Below are positions 33,794 through 44,889 of a stretch of DNA of 64,000 bases, piece after piece (position 1 is the first letter of the stretch; each line of letters starts with the position of its first letter). The notes below the pieces were generated by a model. It had not been told where the DNA came from. It saw only the letters and a program-made list of their open reading frames with translations, and ran no database searches. Location of the stretch: NCBI GenBank assembly GCA_025594325.1, contig JANHCV010000004.1, forward strand, positions 2,294,001 through 2,358,000. The letters run 5' to 3'. The position numbers and the translations under genes were made by a program. Source of the DNA: Blastocladiella emersonii ATCC 22665 (taxonomy: Eukaryota; Fungi; Blastocladiomycota).

Positions 33794-36492
33794 ATGGCCG
33801 CCGACGACAAGCACCTCGCCGAGAAGGCCGCCGAGGTCGAGGGCGGCGACTCGAGCCTCGTCATGGACGCCGACTTTGAGGAGATGATCTCCAAGGTCGT
33901 GCCGACGACCGACGACACGACGCTGCCGTCGTTCACGCTGCGCGTCTGGATCATCGGCACCTTCTTCTGCTTTGTGCTCGGCGGTACGGATCACCCTTCT
34001 TCTCGCTTCTCGCTCTCGCCCCTGGGACGCGACCGCATCACGGACGCGCTCGCCCGCCCGCGATGCTTGACAAGCATCACTCACTCACTCGCGCCACAAC
34101 TCGTGTGTCTAGCCATCAACACCGTGTTCCTGTTCCGCTCCAACAGCTTTGGCGTGTCGAGCTACGTGGCCATCCTGCTCGCCTACCCGATGGGCAACTT
34201 TTTGGCCAAGGTCATGCCCTCGGTCAAGTTCAACTTTTTCGGCATCGAGGTCGACACGAACCCGGGCCCGTTCTCGATCAAGGAGCACGTCCTCATGTAC
34301 GTGCATCTCCCTCGCTCGCATCCACTGCCCCAATCGACCAAACGCTGACCCAACCACCGCCCCCAAACCGTAGCTCGATCTTTGCGGGCACCGGTGCCTC
34401 GTCCATCTACGGCATCGACAACCTCGGCGTCCAGGAGATCTTCTACGACCTCGACATTGGCCACTGGTGGGGCATCGCGTTCCTGTTCTGCTCGGCCACG
34501 CTCGGGTTCGGGATCGCGGGCATGTGCCGCTCGTTCCTGATCCGGCCCAAGGCCATGATCTGGCCGTCGATCCTGCCGTCGGTCGCCATGTTCATGGCGT
34601 TCCACCAGGGCGAGCTGCACTCGCAGGTCGAGGACGAGAACGCGGCCAGCGCCGCGGCTTCTGGGAAAAAGGAGTGGTCGCAGCTCAAGATGTTTGGCGT
34701 CGGCACGCTCGCCATGGGCGTGTGGACGTTTGTGCCCGGGTTCATGGCCAGCACGCTGCGCACCATCGCGCCGCTGTGCTGGATCACGCCCGCGGGCTCG
34801 CTCGGCCAGAAGCTCGGCTCGCCCGTGTGGGGGCCCGGCATCTTCTCGCTGTCGCTCGACTGGACCGTCGCGGGCAGCACGCCCATGTCGATCCCGTTCT
34901 GGGTCGCCGTCAACCAGCTCGCCTCGACCATCATCTTCCTGTGGGTCCTGTCGCCGCTCGCGTGGCAGGGCAACTGGTTCAACCAGCCCGAGACGAGCGT
35001 GCAGCTCAACACCACGTCCCTGTTCAAAAAGGACGGCGCGCCGTTCAAGGGCGCCATGATCATCGACAAGAACACCAAGACGGTCGTCGACTCGCTGTAC
35101 AACAAGGTCAAGCCGATCCACATGACCACCATCTTCGCGTTCGCGTACATGGGCCATTTCGCGTCGCTCACCTCGTCCATCACCAACACGATCGTGTGGC
35201 ACGGCAAGGACATTGCCCGCCAGTGGCGCGCCAACGGCAAGTCGGACAAGAACGACATCCACTGCACGCTGATCGACAAGTACGACGAGGTGCCCAACAC
35301 GTGGTACTACGGCTTCTTCGTGTTCACGGCGATCCTGACGACGATCGTCGCCGAGTTCTCGGGCCTCAACATGCCGTGGTGGGCCACCTTCTTTGCGATC
35401 GCGCTGTCGACGTGCGGCACGATCCCGATCGCCATCGTGCTGGCCACCTCGGGCGTGTCGCTGTACATGAACGTGGTGTCGCAGTTCCTGATCGGCCTCA
35501 TCCTGCCCGGCCAGCCCATTGTCATGATGGCGTTCAAGTGCCTCGGCGTGACCGTCTCGCTGCAGTGCCTGACGCTCCTCGGCGATTTGAAGCTGGGTCA
35601 CTACATGAAGGTATGGGCGGCTTGCGCAGCTTGCGCAGCTTGCGCAGCGACAAAGCCAGACAGATACACTGACCGCGATCTCGTGAATAGGTCCCGCCGC
35701 GCCACGTGTTCCTCTCGCAGATGCTGTCGCAGATCATGGCCGTATTTTTCTGCTACATTTCGTACCGCTGGTGGATGGCGACGCCCGAGCACCGCGAGTG
35801 GGTCACCTACTTTGGCTCCAAGAAGGCCGCCGGCAACCTGTGGACCTCGCAGACGCTCAACACCTACTACTCGTACGTTGCTCACTCTCCTTTCTCGGTT
35901 CGCTCGTTCGCTTCGGCGTTCCCCCGTTTCGGTGCTCGCACTGGCGGAGTCGAGTAGGACGGGACGCGCCGCGCCACTCACGTGCTTCGAGATCACGGAC
36001 TGATCACCACCACCTCCACTTCCGCTCACCCCGTCTAGCGCCTCGCTCATCTGGGGCGCCGTCGGTCCCAAGCGCTTCTTCTTTGAGTCGTCGTACGCGC
36101 CCGTCATCTACGTCGGCCTCGCCCTCGGCATCTCGCTGCCCATCGTGCTGCGCTTGTGCTACCTGTTCGTCGGCGGCCCGATCCCGTGGCAGCTCATCTA
36201 CGCGCCCATTCTCCTCTCGCCGCAGGGTCCCTCGGGCAACCAGGCGCACCACTTCACGGGCTTCGTCGTCTCGTTCATCTTCCAGTTCTTCATCTACCGG
36301 TACCGGTCGACGTGGTGGAAAAAGTACAACTACGTGCTGGCCACGGCGCTCGACGTCGGCAGCGCGCTCTCGACCATCTTCATCACGCTCGCCTTCGAGG
36401 ACCGCCACATCGAGTTCCCCGCCTGGCTGCTCAACTGCACCGACTCGACCGAGCCGTGCGGCCGCGGCGACTGGTGCGCCATCACCGTCTAA
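33794..36492 (+). CDS. OPT: OPT family transporter, duplicated copy (5 exons)
   Basis: Mirror of 5156-7854 with identical ORF translations. Last intron 35873-36038. Confidence 0.95.
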
Positions 36493-36905
36493 CGCAAGTT
36501 CGGCGGGCTCCCCCATCTTTGTGTCCCTCAATACTCTCGCTGCCGAATCTCGCCATCTCAGTTCTCTGAACGTGAATACATTAGACGCAGCGCACCTTTT
36601 GTTTTAACCCTCCTTGTGATGTTCCTTCGAGCGTTCTCGGCTTTCCGAACAACTCTTGCGGCCGCGCTGTGCGATCGAGCGGCACAGGTCGGAGCTCCTG
36701 TTTGTTTGCAGCACGCGCTTGCTTGTCACACGGCGTGAAATGACGGACTGGGACAGGACTCCGCCAAGGTCAAGCACCGCACGGTGAAAGTCGGCGTCTT
36801 ACTGGCTTGCGGTGTTCAGAAGTTGCCACCGCGCGAGGGCGATCGAGGTTTATAGCACGACGGGCAGAGACTCGTTCCTCCCCCTCCTCAGTTAGGAACT
36901 AAGCT

Positions 36906-39845
36906 ATGGAACCAATGGAACTAGATCGCGGCGCTGCGAGTGATTCGACTCTTCTTGCCCGCACCGATGTGGGGGCAGAGGGGGCGGCCTCAGGCGCAGC
37001 CCTGCGCGACTCTCTCGAGTACACAGGTCCCCGCCCGCACACTCGGTTTCATCGCGGCCCAGCTTGGCGCCGGTGCTTGCATCTTCTTGCGACCTACATC
37101 CTGTACGCGGGCTCCGTCATGTTTACGACGGTGGCCTTCGCTGTTGCTGTCGCTGTCGCGTACCCGGCGTTCAAGGCCAAGGAAGGCGCCATAATCAAGC
37201 TTCTTGGTCTCGCCGCGTACGCGGTCGTGTTTCTCGCCTTCAGCCGCACCGTCCTTCGCACGGCGCTGCGCATGATTGTCTGGATCTGGTCCTCGCACGA
37301 GTCCCACTTGGTGTCCGAGCTCGGCCCGCTGCTTGGCTCGTTGCACGGGTCGTTCCTCTGGGTTCCCGCTCGGGCTGCGAGTCGTTCCTTGGACCGGCTC
37401 GTCGCTTGGATCGTCAAAGTCACGTACACATACAGCTCACCCGACGATCAAGGTCCGCCGCGGGGCATGATCCGATCGCTCGCGCGAACCCTTTCACGCC
37501 GCGTGGGCGGCCCAGTTGGCCGTCGGAACGGGGGATTTGCGGCCACACCGACTACGGAGTCCGCGGTGGATCCGAACGACACGACGAAGCCGCCTAGCGT
37601 CGACGATGACCTGGTTCGCGAGCAAGCGGACGCAGCTGAGCGTGCCGAACTTGGCGATACGATCCGCCGATCCTTGCTCCTGCTTCTGCTCGTCGTTTCT
37701 TTCGCGGTCCCGCTCTCGACCTGCGCCTTGTTCTTTGGCTACGAGGAGGTGATCTCGATTCTCTCCTTTTCTCTCGTAATTGGTGCGTTCGTTTCTACCC
37801 GCGGATCGAAGGTTGACCAAGACTGACTCAAGCTGTCGCTTTTAGGTTCCATGCTTCTGATCGTCGCCGTCAACTTTTCGAACCGTGTTCATCGAACTGT
37901 TCGCCTTCTCCGTGTGCTTGGCCGAGGCGTCACCGTGGAGCGTCGCCTCGCCATGTACGTCGCGTCGATGGGCCAGGAAACGACGCTCAACATCCTCGAT
38001 CACCTTGCCAATCAGGCGCTCGCCGTGTTTACTGGTTTGCTGGTCATCGGTGCAATCACGACCAAAGGAGTACGGCCGCCATGATCTTCCGTGATGGCAA
38101 CAGTTGCTGATTCGAACCGGCACGCATGATGTAGGAAAACGTTCAACTGATCGCTGGTCTTGGTGGTTTCATCGCGGCTCTCATCCTCTTCCGCATCCGT
38201 GGTCTTCTCTTGGGCTGTTTCCGGCGTGCTTTGCGCAAGGGCGACGACCTAACCACTCGCGCAGCGTCGTCCAACGGGTACTACGACGGCAACCGCTTCT
38301 TTGAGCCTGCGATCATCTTCGCCGTCCGTTCGATTGCGACTGCGGCAGGCTTGGGCTGCCTCGTTGTCCTCGACCTCTCGACCGTTGATGCCACCACGGG
38401 CTCTACTGCTTTGCTCGATCGACTGGGCGCCGACTCTCCAAACGAGCGGGTGCGCGTCGGACCGTACGTCGTCGTTGGACTTGCTGCATCGTTTCTTTTC
38501 GTGCACATTGCTGCCGATGCCGTGTTCCTCGGGACGCGTCTCGTGAATTCCCCACGGATGTTGGCCAAGCTTCTCGCGATCGGCTACCTTTTGCGCGTCG
38601 GCATTTACGGTACGTTTGATTCGACCCATGTTCTCAGCTTGTCCGCCACTCACTCACCCACGCCGTCAATTAGTTGTAATGCTTGCTCTCGACCTCACGG
38701 GCTACGCTTCGACTTGCATCCTGCTGCTCACATACCTCTCCTTTGATCTTCGCGACTCGAAGGCTCACTGGACGGCTCCCTCTTCGCACGCCAACGGCAC
38801 GAACCGACGCAACTCGATCAACAGCGCCATCACGGTGACGATCATCGTGTTCACCATCGTCCTGTCGGTTATTGGCGGGCTCGCTGTCGACTTCATTCGC
38901 GACAAACGCATCAACGGTCCGATCACCGAGGCCACGATCGCGAATGTGTTCCCGTCGAGCAGTGCGACCTTGCGCACGTCCTTGATTCCAGCTTGCAACG
39001 CGCATTTCGGCCGTGCTTCATTTGGCAACGGCAACGCGACGGTGGCCTTGACGCCGCTTTCCATGTCCACGCTCGCGTTCGCTGCTTACGGCGCCAACGA
39101 AACCGACGTGAACGCTCGCGCCCGCGCGAATCCGGTTTTGCGCGAGGCCGGCGTGCGCGTGCACAACTCGAGTCTTGCGGTCTCTGGTGCGGGCGGCGCG
39201 CCCAAGTCTGACAACGGCGTACGGTACTACGAGTTCCGGTTTGCTGCCGCGCCCGAGACTTCGGTCGTTGCCGTGCGTGGGACAGCCAGCATCGGTGATG
39301 CCTTGCAGGATGCGTACATTTGGGCAACGCCCTCGCTCATCAAAATGTCGTCCTCGCTTGGTTCTCTTGCTTCCGTGTGGCCTGCGCGTCTTACGGCGTG
39401 GTTTGTCAAGTTTATCACTGACAACGTCGCGTTCACGGGGATCCTGTACTACGAGCCCGTGACGGATCTCGTCGCTGATCTGGTCGCGCGGAACCGCACC
39501 GTGGTCATGGCCGGCCACAGTCTCGGCGGCGGTATCGCGCAAATCGTGGCCGCCAAGAAAGGCGTGCCCGCCATGGCGCTGTCGTCTCCCGGACTTGGTT
39601 TATCGTACCTGAACTACAACGTGACCGCGGACGCCATCGCTCGGTGGTCGTTCAACGTGGTTCCCTTCAAGGACCCCGTCCCAATGCTCGATTCGCAGAT
39701 TTCGACGCTCATGCACATCCCGTGCGACCAGGAGCTGCCCGTCAACTGCCACAAAGCGATCGAAAGCATCAAGACTCCTCGAGCATTGCTACGGCCACAA
39801 GTGATGGCCTTGGCCATGGCCATGGCCGTGGTCATCATTGGTTGA
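36906..39845 (+). CDS. Multi-pass membrane class 3 lipase, duplicated copy (4 exons)
   Basis: Mirror of 1803-4742; GHSLGG motif. Confidence 0.85.
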
Positions 39846-40070
39846 GCTGACGTTAATCATACTTTGCTTTGTTTTTCAACGACTATTGTCTATTGTTGCG
39901 TGAAATTTGCGCTCAGTCGCGTCGCGCACGCGTGGACGCGGTGATGTCGCGACCCTGGACCTTGGGAGACAGACAAGTTTTGGTGGTCGGCCTGAGTCGA
40001 GGGCCGTCTCCCTCGTCGCGCTCCCCATCTCCTGTCCCGCCGTATTGTAACTAAAATCCGATCTTCCATA

Positions 40071-40589
40071 ATGGGACTTACTGAGGTCCGCAGCCATGAA
40101 TTACTTAATGCAAATGAACGGAATTCCGCTGATCGCTTCGATGGATGGGTCACTCGCGAGTAGCCAGAATTTCACTGGAGCCCAGGCAGCTTTCTTTCGG
40201 GCATCGTGGGGCTCATCTACGTGCTCGCGCTCTATACGAGCGTCGAGCTGTTTCTCAAGAAGCGATCGACCTACTACGCGATCCTTGGCGCCGTGGCCGT
40301 GGGCCGCCTGTTCGTCTTTATTTCCTCGCTCGTGGCAGCCAACGCCGCATCTGTCGGCGATGCGTTCGCCATCGAGGTCGGCCGCCTCATGGTCATTGTC
40401 GAGTGGGCGTGCGGCGTGACGTTCGTCACTCTGAACGCGCGCCGGCTCTACATGACCTGTTACTCGCGGTACCGACGTCTCGTCCAGGTGCTCGTAGTCG
40501 GCGCCGTTGTCGCCGCGTCGCTCCAGTCCTCTCTCGGTGCTCTCGCTCGTTCCCTCGTTTCGGTTCTCGCACTGGCGTACTCGACTTGA
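40071..40589 (+). pseudogene. 5' half of the 7TM gene truncated at the duplication breakpoint and reading into OPT intron sequence
   Basis: Identical to paralog 1 up to ...VVGAVVAA (40518), then switches to SLQSSLGALARSLVSVLALAYST-stop, encoded by OPT-intron-like DNA. Confidence 0.8.
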
Positions 40590-41130
40590 CGACGGGGCGG
40601 GACGCGCCGCGCCACTCACGTGCTTCGAGATCACGGACTGATCACCACCACCTCCACTTCCGCTCACCCCGTCTAGCGCCTCGCTCATCTGGGGCGCCGT
40701 CGGTCCCAAGCGCTTCTTCTTTGAGTCGTCGTACGCGCCCGTCATCTACGTCGGCCTCGCCCTCGGCATCTCGCTGCCCATCGTGCTGCGCCTGTGCTAC
40801 CTGTTCGTCGGCGGCCCGATCCCGTGGCAGCTCATCTACGCGCCCATCCTGCTCTCGCCGCAGGGCCCCTCAGGCAACCAGGCGCACCACTTCACGGGCT
40901 TTGTTGTCTCGTTCATCTTCCAGTTCTTCATCTACCGGTACCGGTCGACGTGGTGGAAAAAGTACAACTACGTGCTGGCCACGGCGCTCGACGTCGGCAG
41001 CGCGCTCTCGACCATCTTCATCACGCTCGCCTTCGAGGGCCGCCACATCGAGTTCCCCGCCTGGCTCCTCAACTGCACCGACTCGTCCGAGCCGTGCGGC
41101 CGCGGCGACTGGTGCGCCATCACCGTCTAA
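40519..41130 (+). pseudogene. 3' remnant (part of last intron and last exon) of a diverged OPT paralog
   Basis: Direct repeat of 35880-36492 (exon offset 4638). About 10 substitutions counted by eye in the 454-nt exon, 8 synonymous plus D>G and T>S. 3' UTR similarity continues to about 41245. No upstream exons of its own. Confidence 0.88.
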
Positions 41131-41367
41131 CGCAAGTTCGGCGGGCTCCCCCATCTTTGTGTCCCTCGATTCTCTTGCTGCCGAATCCTCCCCTCTTTCT
41201 GCTCTCTTTCCGAGCGTGAATACAATAGACGCAGCGTTCTTTTGCTCATCATGGCACTTGACTATGGACTTTCTTCAGTTTCTCGCCTCATCGTTTCCCA
41301 TGGTTCTTTGAGACCCGTATGCGCCGGAAGCTTTATGAAGGATATATCTCTGTGAACTGAATCCACT

Positions 41368-42418
41368 CTATCGCGCTGGTCCGCTCACACTGTGCCCGCT
41401 TGCCTCGAGCTGGGACACGTCGCCGACCGCGCTGTTGATGGTCGCGCTCTGCATGATCTTGCGAAACCCAGTGCTCGGTCCCTCGGTCAGCTTGACTTGG
41501 TGTCCGGCTCCGCTGCTGCCGCTCGAAACTGAAGGCCGCGTGTGACGGCGGCTCATGATCTCGTTCAGTGAGACGAGGAACCTGCGATAACGACCTGTTA
41601 GTTCACGCCGCATCAAGGTACGCATCAGACGTACGAGCAGAACAACCGAAGCCGCATCGCTTCCGCGAACAACACGAGTGACCACATCGGGTCGGCCTTG
41701 GGCTGCAGGACCTTCCAAAAGTTTGCTGTAATCATGAGCACACACTCGGTACCGAGCAGAACGTTCACGCGGCGAAGTAGCGCCGACATGCCGCGCCGAA
41801 GCCCCTGGTCGCGCGACGACGACGTGCCGTGTGCGAGCTGGTGAAGGTGCCGGACAAATGCGAGCGAGATGAGCGTGTTCAGGACCGCGTCGTAGATGCT
41901 CATGGCGGCGAACAGCGCGTCGGGCCCGCTCAGGTACGCGAACAGCTGCGTGCCGCACCAGATATACCAACCGTTGTCGACGGTCGAGACGACAATAAGC
42001 AGGCCGACGAGCGCCGTGAGCACCTGGACGTGTCGCGGGACGGCGCTCCGCAGGTACATGCGGCGCAGCCGCGTGATGTTGAGCGCGGCGTAGCCGACCT
42101 GGCACGCCCACTCGACGGCAAACTGCGTGATGCCCGTCGCGATGATGACCTCGTCGACCATGCTCGTTTGCACAACGACGTTGAAGGCGATATCGAACAG
42201 CCGGAGCACGGCGATGGCCAGAATGACCGCATAGTAGCGTGACTTGGTCTCGAGAAGCAGGTCCGCGCTCAGCAGCACCGTCGATGCGTGGATGGCCGAG
42301 TTGACGCCCGTGAAGTACGCCTCGACGCTGAAGACGTAAAAGTCCTAGCACGCGGCCGGCATGAGTCCAGCGTGGTCGCATTATGCATGGAGTTTCTTAC
42401 ATTGGTTATTAGTCCCAT
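41368..42418 (-). CDS. Orphan 7TM receptor-like protein, paralog 2 (3 exons)
   Basis: Mini exon MGLITN (42401-42418), intron 42345-42400, then FYVFSVEAYFTG...YDAVLNTLISLAF...LLGTECVL...DPMWSLVLFAEAMRLRLFCS|FLVSLNEIM. Same intron positions as paralog 1. Confidence 0.78.
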
Positions 42419-42542
42419 CGTTCAACACATTTGCAAGTGAGGAGAAGACATGGGTAAGCTGCGTGCGCCTTGGTGGATGGCCAGCCGCCGTCTCCCGTGT
42501 CTCCCGTGTCTCCCTCCTCGGCTCTTTCATTCGAGAATGGAA

Positions 42543-43610
42543 CTAAATCGGTCTCTGCAATTCTTCCGGCCTGCTCATATCGATCGCCTCTCGCCGCTCC
42601 GCCTCGTGGTCTGGCGGGCGTTCAAACTGTCGGAGCAGGGCGAAGAGTCTACGATCACCGTTCGCGTCAGTTGCTGGTATGAACGACGCGAGGTCACGCA
42701 CATTCCGAACACGCGCAACCGGACCGCCTCGGAGAAGTAGACGAGCGAGAACTGAGGGTCGTAATCGGGCGCGGCGACGCGGCTCAAGTTGACGGCCACG
42801 ACCAGAATGCACTCGGCAGCGAGCTGGACGCGGACGCGCCGGATCGATCGCTGGACCTCCTGCCGCTCCTTGCGCTTCAACCCGCCCGGCGCCGGCTTGC
42901 CCTTCATTGAAGGCGCCCGTTGGAGGACCGAGAAGGCGACGCGCGGAAGCAGCCGGATGAAGGCCACGCTGATGGCCGTGTTGACGAGCGAGTCCACGAT
43001 CGCGTAAACTACACGGTTGGGCCGCGGTCAGCTGCACGTTCCATGGCCATGGCCATCGACCGCACGACGTACTCGAGAAGAACAGATCCGGCCCAGCGAC
43101 ATCCGGCGCCGCGTTGCCCCAGAACAGGATTATGTACCAGATTGACACGGCCGATCCGCACACACACGAGACGATGGCCGCGAGCGTGAGCGGCGCGACG
43201 CTGGCCGCGTACTGGCCCGCGGGGTTATCGCTGAGGTACTTGCGCAGCCGCGCGAGGTTCATGCCCGTGAGGAGGTTCTGGCACACGAGCTCGATGGCGC
43301 ACTGGATCACGTCGATCCCGGACCAGACGCCCGCGGTCTCGTTCGCCGCGGCCATGATCGAGCTGTCCACGATGCCGCCGAGTGCGAGGACGGCCAGGGC
43401 CACGCAGAACCAGTCGCGGCGCGCGCCGCCCGCGTATAGGCGCACGCTGGCTGCGATTGTCAGGACGTGGAGCGCCGTGGTCATGCCGAGGACGAAGGCC
43501 TCGAGGCTGAAGCGGAACGGCGGGTCTTCCTGCCACGCCGGCCACGCGTTAGCGTTCGGGTCGCTGTGAATCGATACTGCAGGACGTACTTCCATCATGA
43601 TGGCGCCCAT
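42543..43610 (-). CDS. Orphan 7TM receptor-like protein, paralog 3 (4 exons)
   Basis: Mini exon MGAIMME, then FRFSLEAFVLG...VDSLVNTAISVAF...LAAECILV...DPQFSLVYFSEAVRLRVFG. GTACGT/GTGCGT introns restore the frame. Confidence 0.75.
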   Translation of the reverse strand: MGAIMMEVRPAVSIHSDPNANAWPAWQEDPPFRFSLEAFVLGMTTALHVLTIAASVRLYAGGARRDWFCVALAVLALGGIVDSSIMAAANETAGVWSGIDVIQCAIELVCQNLLTGMNLARLRKYLSDNPAGQYAASVAPLTLAAIVSCVCGSAVSIWYIILFWGNAAPDVAGPDLFFSSTSCGRWPWPWNVQLTAAQPCSLRDRGLARQHGHQRGLHPAASARRLLGPPTGAFNEGQAGAGRVEAQGAAGGPAIDPARPRPARCRVHSGRGRQLEPRRRARLRPSVLARLLLRGGPVARVRNVRDLASFIPATDANGDRRLFALLRQFERPPDHEAERREAIDMSRPEELQRPI

Positions 43611-43797
43611 TACACGCCGATCACGCTCGTCATTGCATCAAGTTTCATGAATCGTCCGGCACGCTAAGGTGCGTTTCAGGCGAGCTACTCGCATATCTGC
43701 CTGCCCGCACACGCGTCGCTCGCTCAGCGGGAGACAAGGATGGACGAAGGCCAGCTTGCGACGAGTTGGATCAACACGTCATGTATTCTATGTGCGT

Positions 43798-44625
43798 TCA
43801 CTTCTCGTCCAGGCTCTTGACAATCACCCACGAGTCGGTCTCGCCCTGATCCTCGGAGGCGCGCGAAATGTCAACGGACGCGTACACCGAGTACCCGTGG
43901 TTGCGCAGCTTAGCGAGGATCATGGCGACCATCAGGCGGCTTGACATGGCGTCGTTGGTGTCGCTCGACATCCACGGGTTGCCGTTGAGCTTGAACTCGA
44001 TGGCGCCGCAGTAATCGGACACCTTGGCGACGCCGCGCCGCCAGTACGTGTCGATCGCGGACCGGACGACGGCAGCCATCTCGGGTCGCGCGCCGATGAT
44101 GCGCAGTCGGTCCCAGCGGTTGAACGAGATGGACCACACGTCGCGGTCGTCGTCGAACGTGACGGGGGCCGCGCGCAGCAGGATCCACGTGTCCTTGTCG
44201 TACAACCGCTTGGTCGTGTCGGCGGCGATGGCGAGCCGCCACCCGAGCCGGAGCAGCGTGCGGAACAGCGCGGCGACGAGCACACGCGCGGGGACGGCTT
44301 CTTCGCCCTGGCCCCACCACGGGTTGCCGTTCAGCTGATACTTGGCCATGGTGGACGGGCGGCCGTCCTTGGTCCGCGGCACGCCCGCGTCGTCGGCGGG
44401 GTACTTTTTGTGCTTCTGAATCCCGCGCGGCCACGCCGACCGGATCGTCTCGGTGATGGCCTCGAGCTCGCGGTCCGAGTCGATGCCGCAGACGCGAAGC
44501 GTGTCGCTGCTGTGGAGCGACACGATGGCAACGGCCTCGTCGTAGCTGTACGCCGGCGGCGGCTGCATCGGCAGCGACTTCTCGTCGAGCGACGTGCCCG
44601 AGGAGCTCTTGCCGAAGAAGGTCAT
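43798..44625 (-). CDS. Uncharacterised 275-aa protein made of two tandem copies of one domain
   Basis: Two internal repeats: ...YQLNGNPWWGQGEEAVPARVLVAALFRTLLRLGWRLAIAADTT... and ...FKLNGNPWMSSDTNDAMSSRLMVAMILAKLRNHGYSVYASVDIS... Confidence 0.8.
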   Translation of the reverse strand: MTFFGKSSSGTSLDEKSLPMQPPPAYSYDEAVAIVSLHSSDTLRVCGIDSDRELEAITETIRSAWPRGIQKHKKYPADDAGVPRTKDGRPSTMAKYQLNGNPWWGQGEEAVPARVLVAALFRTLLRLGWRLAIAADTTKRLYDKDTWILLRAAPVTFDDDRDVWSISFNRWDRLRIIGARPEMAAVVRSAIDTYWRRGVAKVSDYCGAIEFKLNGNPWMSSDTNDAMSSRLMVAMILAKLRNHGYSVYASVDISRASEDQGETDSWVIVKSLDEK

Positions 44626-44694
44626 GGTGCGTGAGGTCGATACGTTGCAGGAACTGTGGGGGGAGCGAGAGCGGGTCTGCAGGCGAGGCCGGCC

Positions 44695-44700
44695 TTTATA
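44695..44700 (-). promoter_or_regulatory. Candidate TATA box for the 275-aa gene
   Basis: TATAAA on the minus strand 70 bp upstream of the ATG at 44625. Confidence 0.4.
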
Positions 44701-44889
44701 GGAGGGACAGGGGTTCTGAGGAGGGAGAAGCGTACGGGGGAGGGTGCGAACTTTGGGTGACCGTCGCGGTCGCGCCCCACGACCTGGCTGGCTGCTCTTC
44801 TCGAACGCGCGATTTACGACCGCGGAGGGTCCCTGATCTCACGCACAGTCGTAGAAGGGAGTATCAAAACTGTATCTCTTTAGTCTCTG

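Larger units (their letters stand above)
32838..40518. repeat. Right arm of the ~7.7-kb inverted duplication (partner 1130-8810)
   Basis: Reverse complement of 1130-8810. Short flanking microhomologies extend the match by a few bases at both ends. Confidence 0.97.

Noticed and set aside
1130-40518. Giant transposon or Starship-like element with the 7.7-kb arms as terminal inverted repeats
   Set aside because: No transposase or tyrosine recombinase was recognised, there is no target-site duplication, the arms are ordinary genes, the cargo is housekeeping, and the right arm truncates genes.
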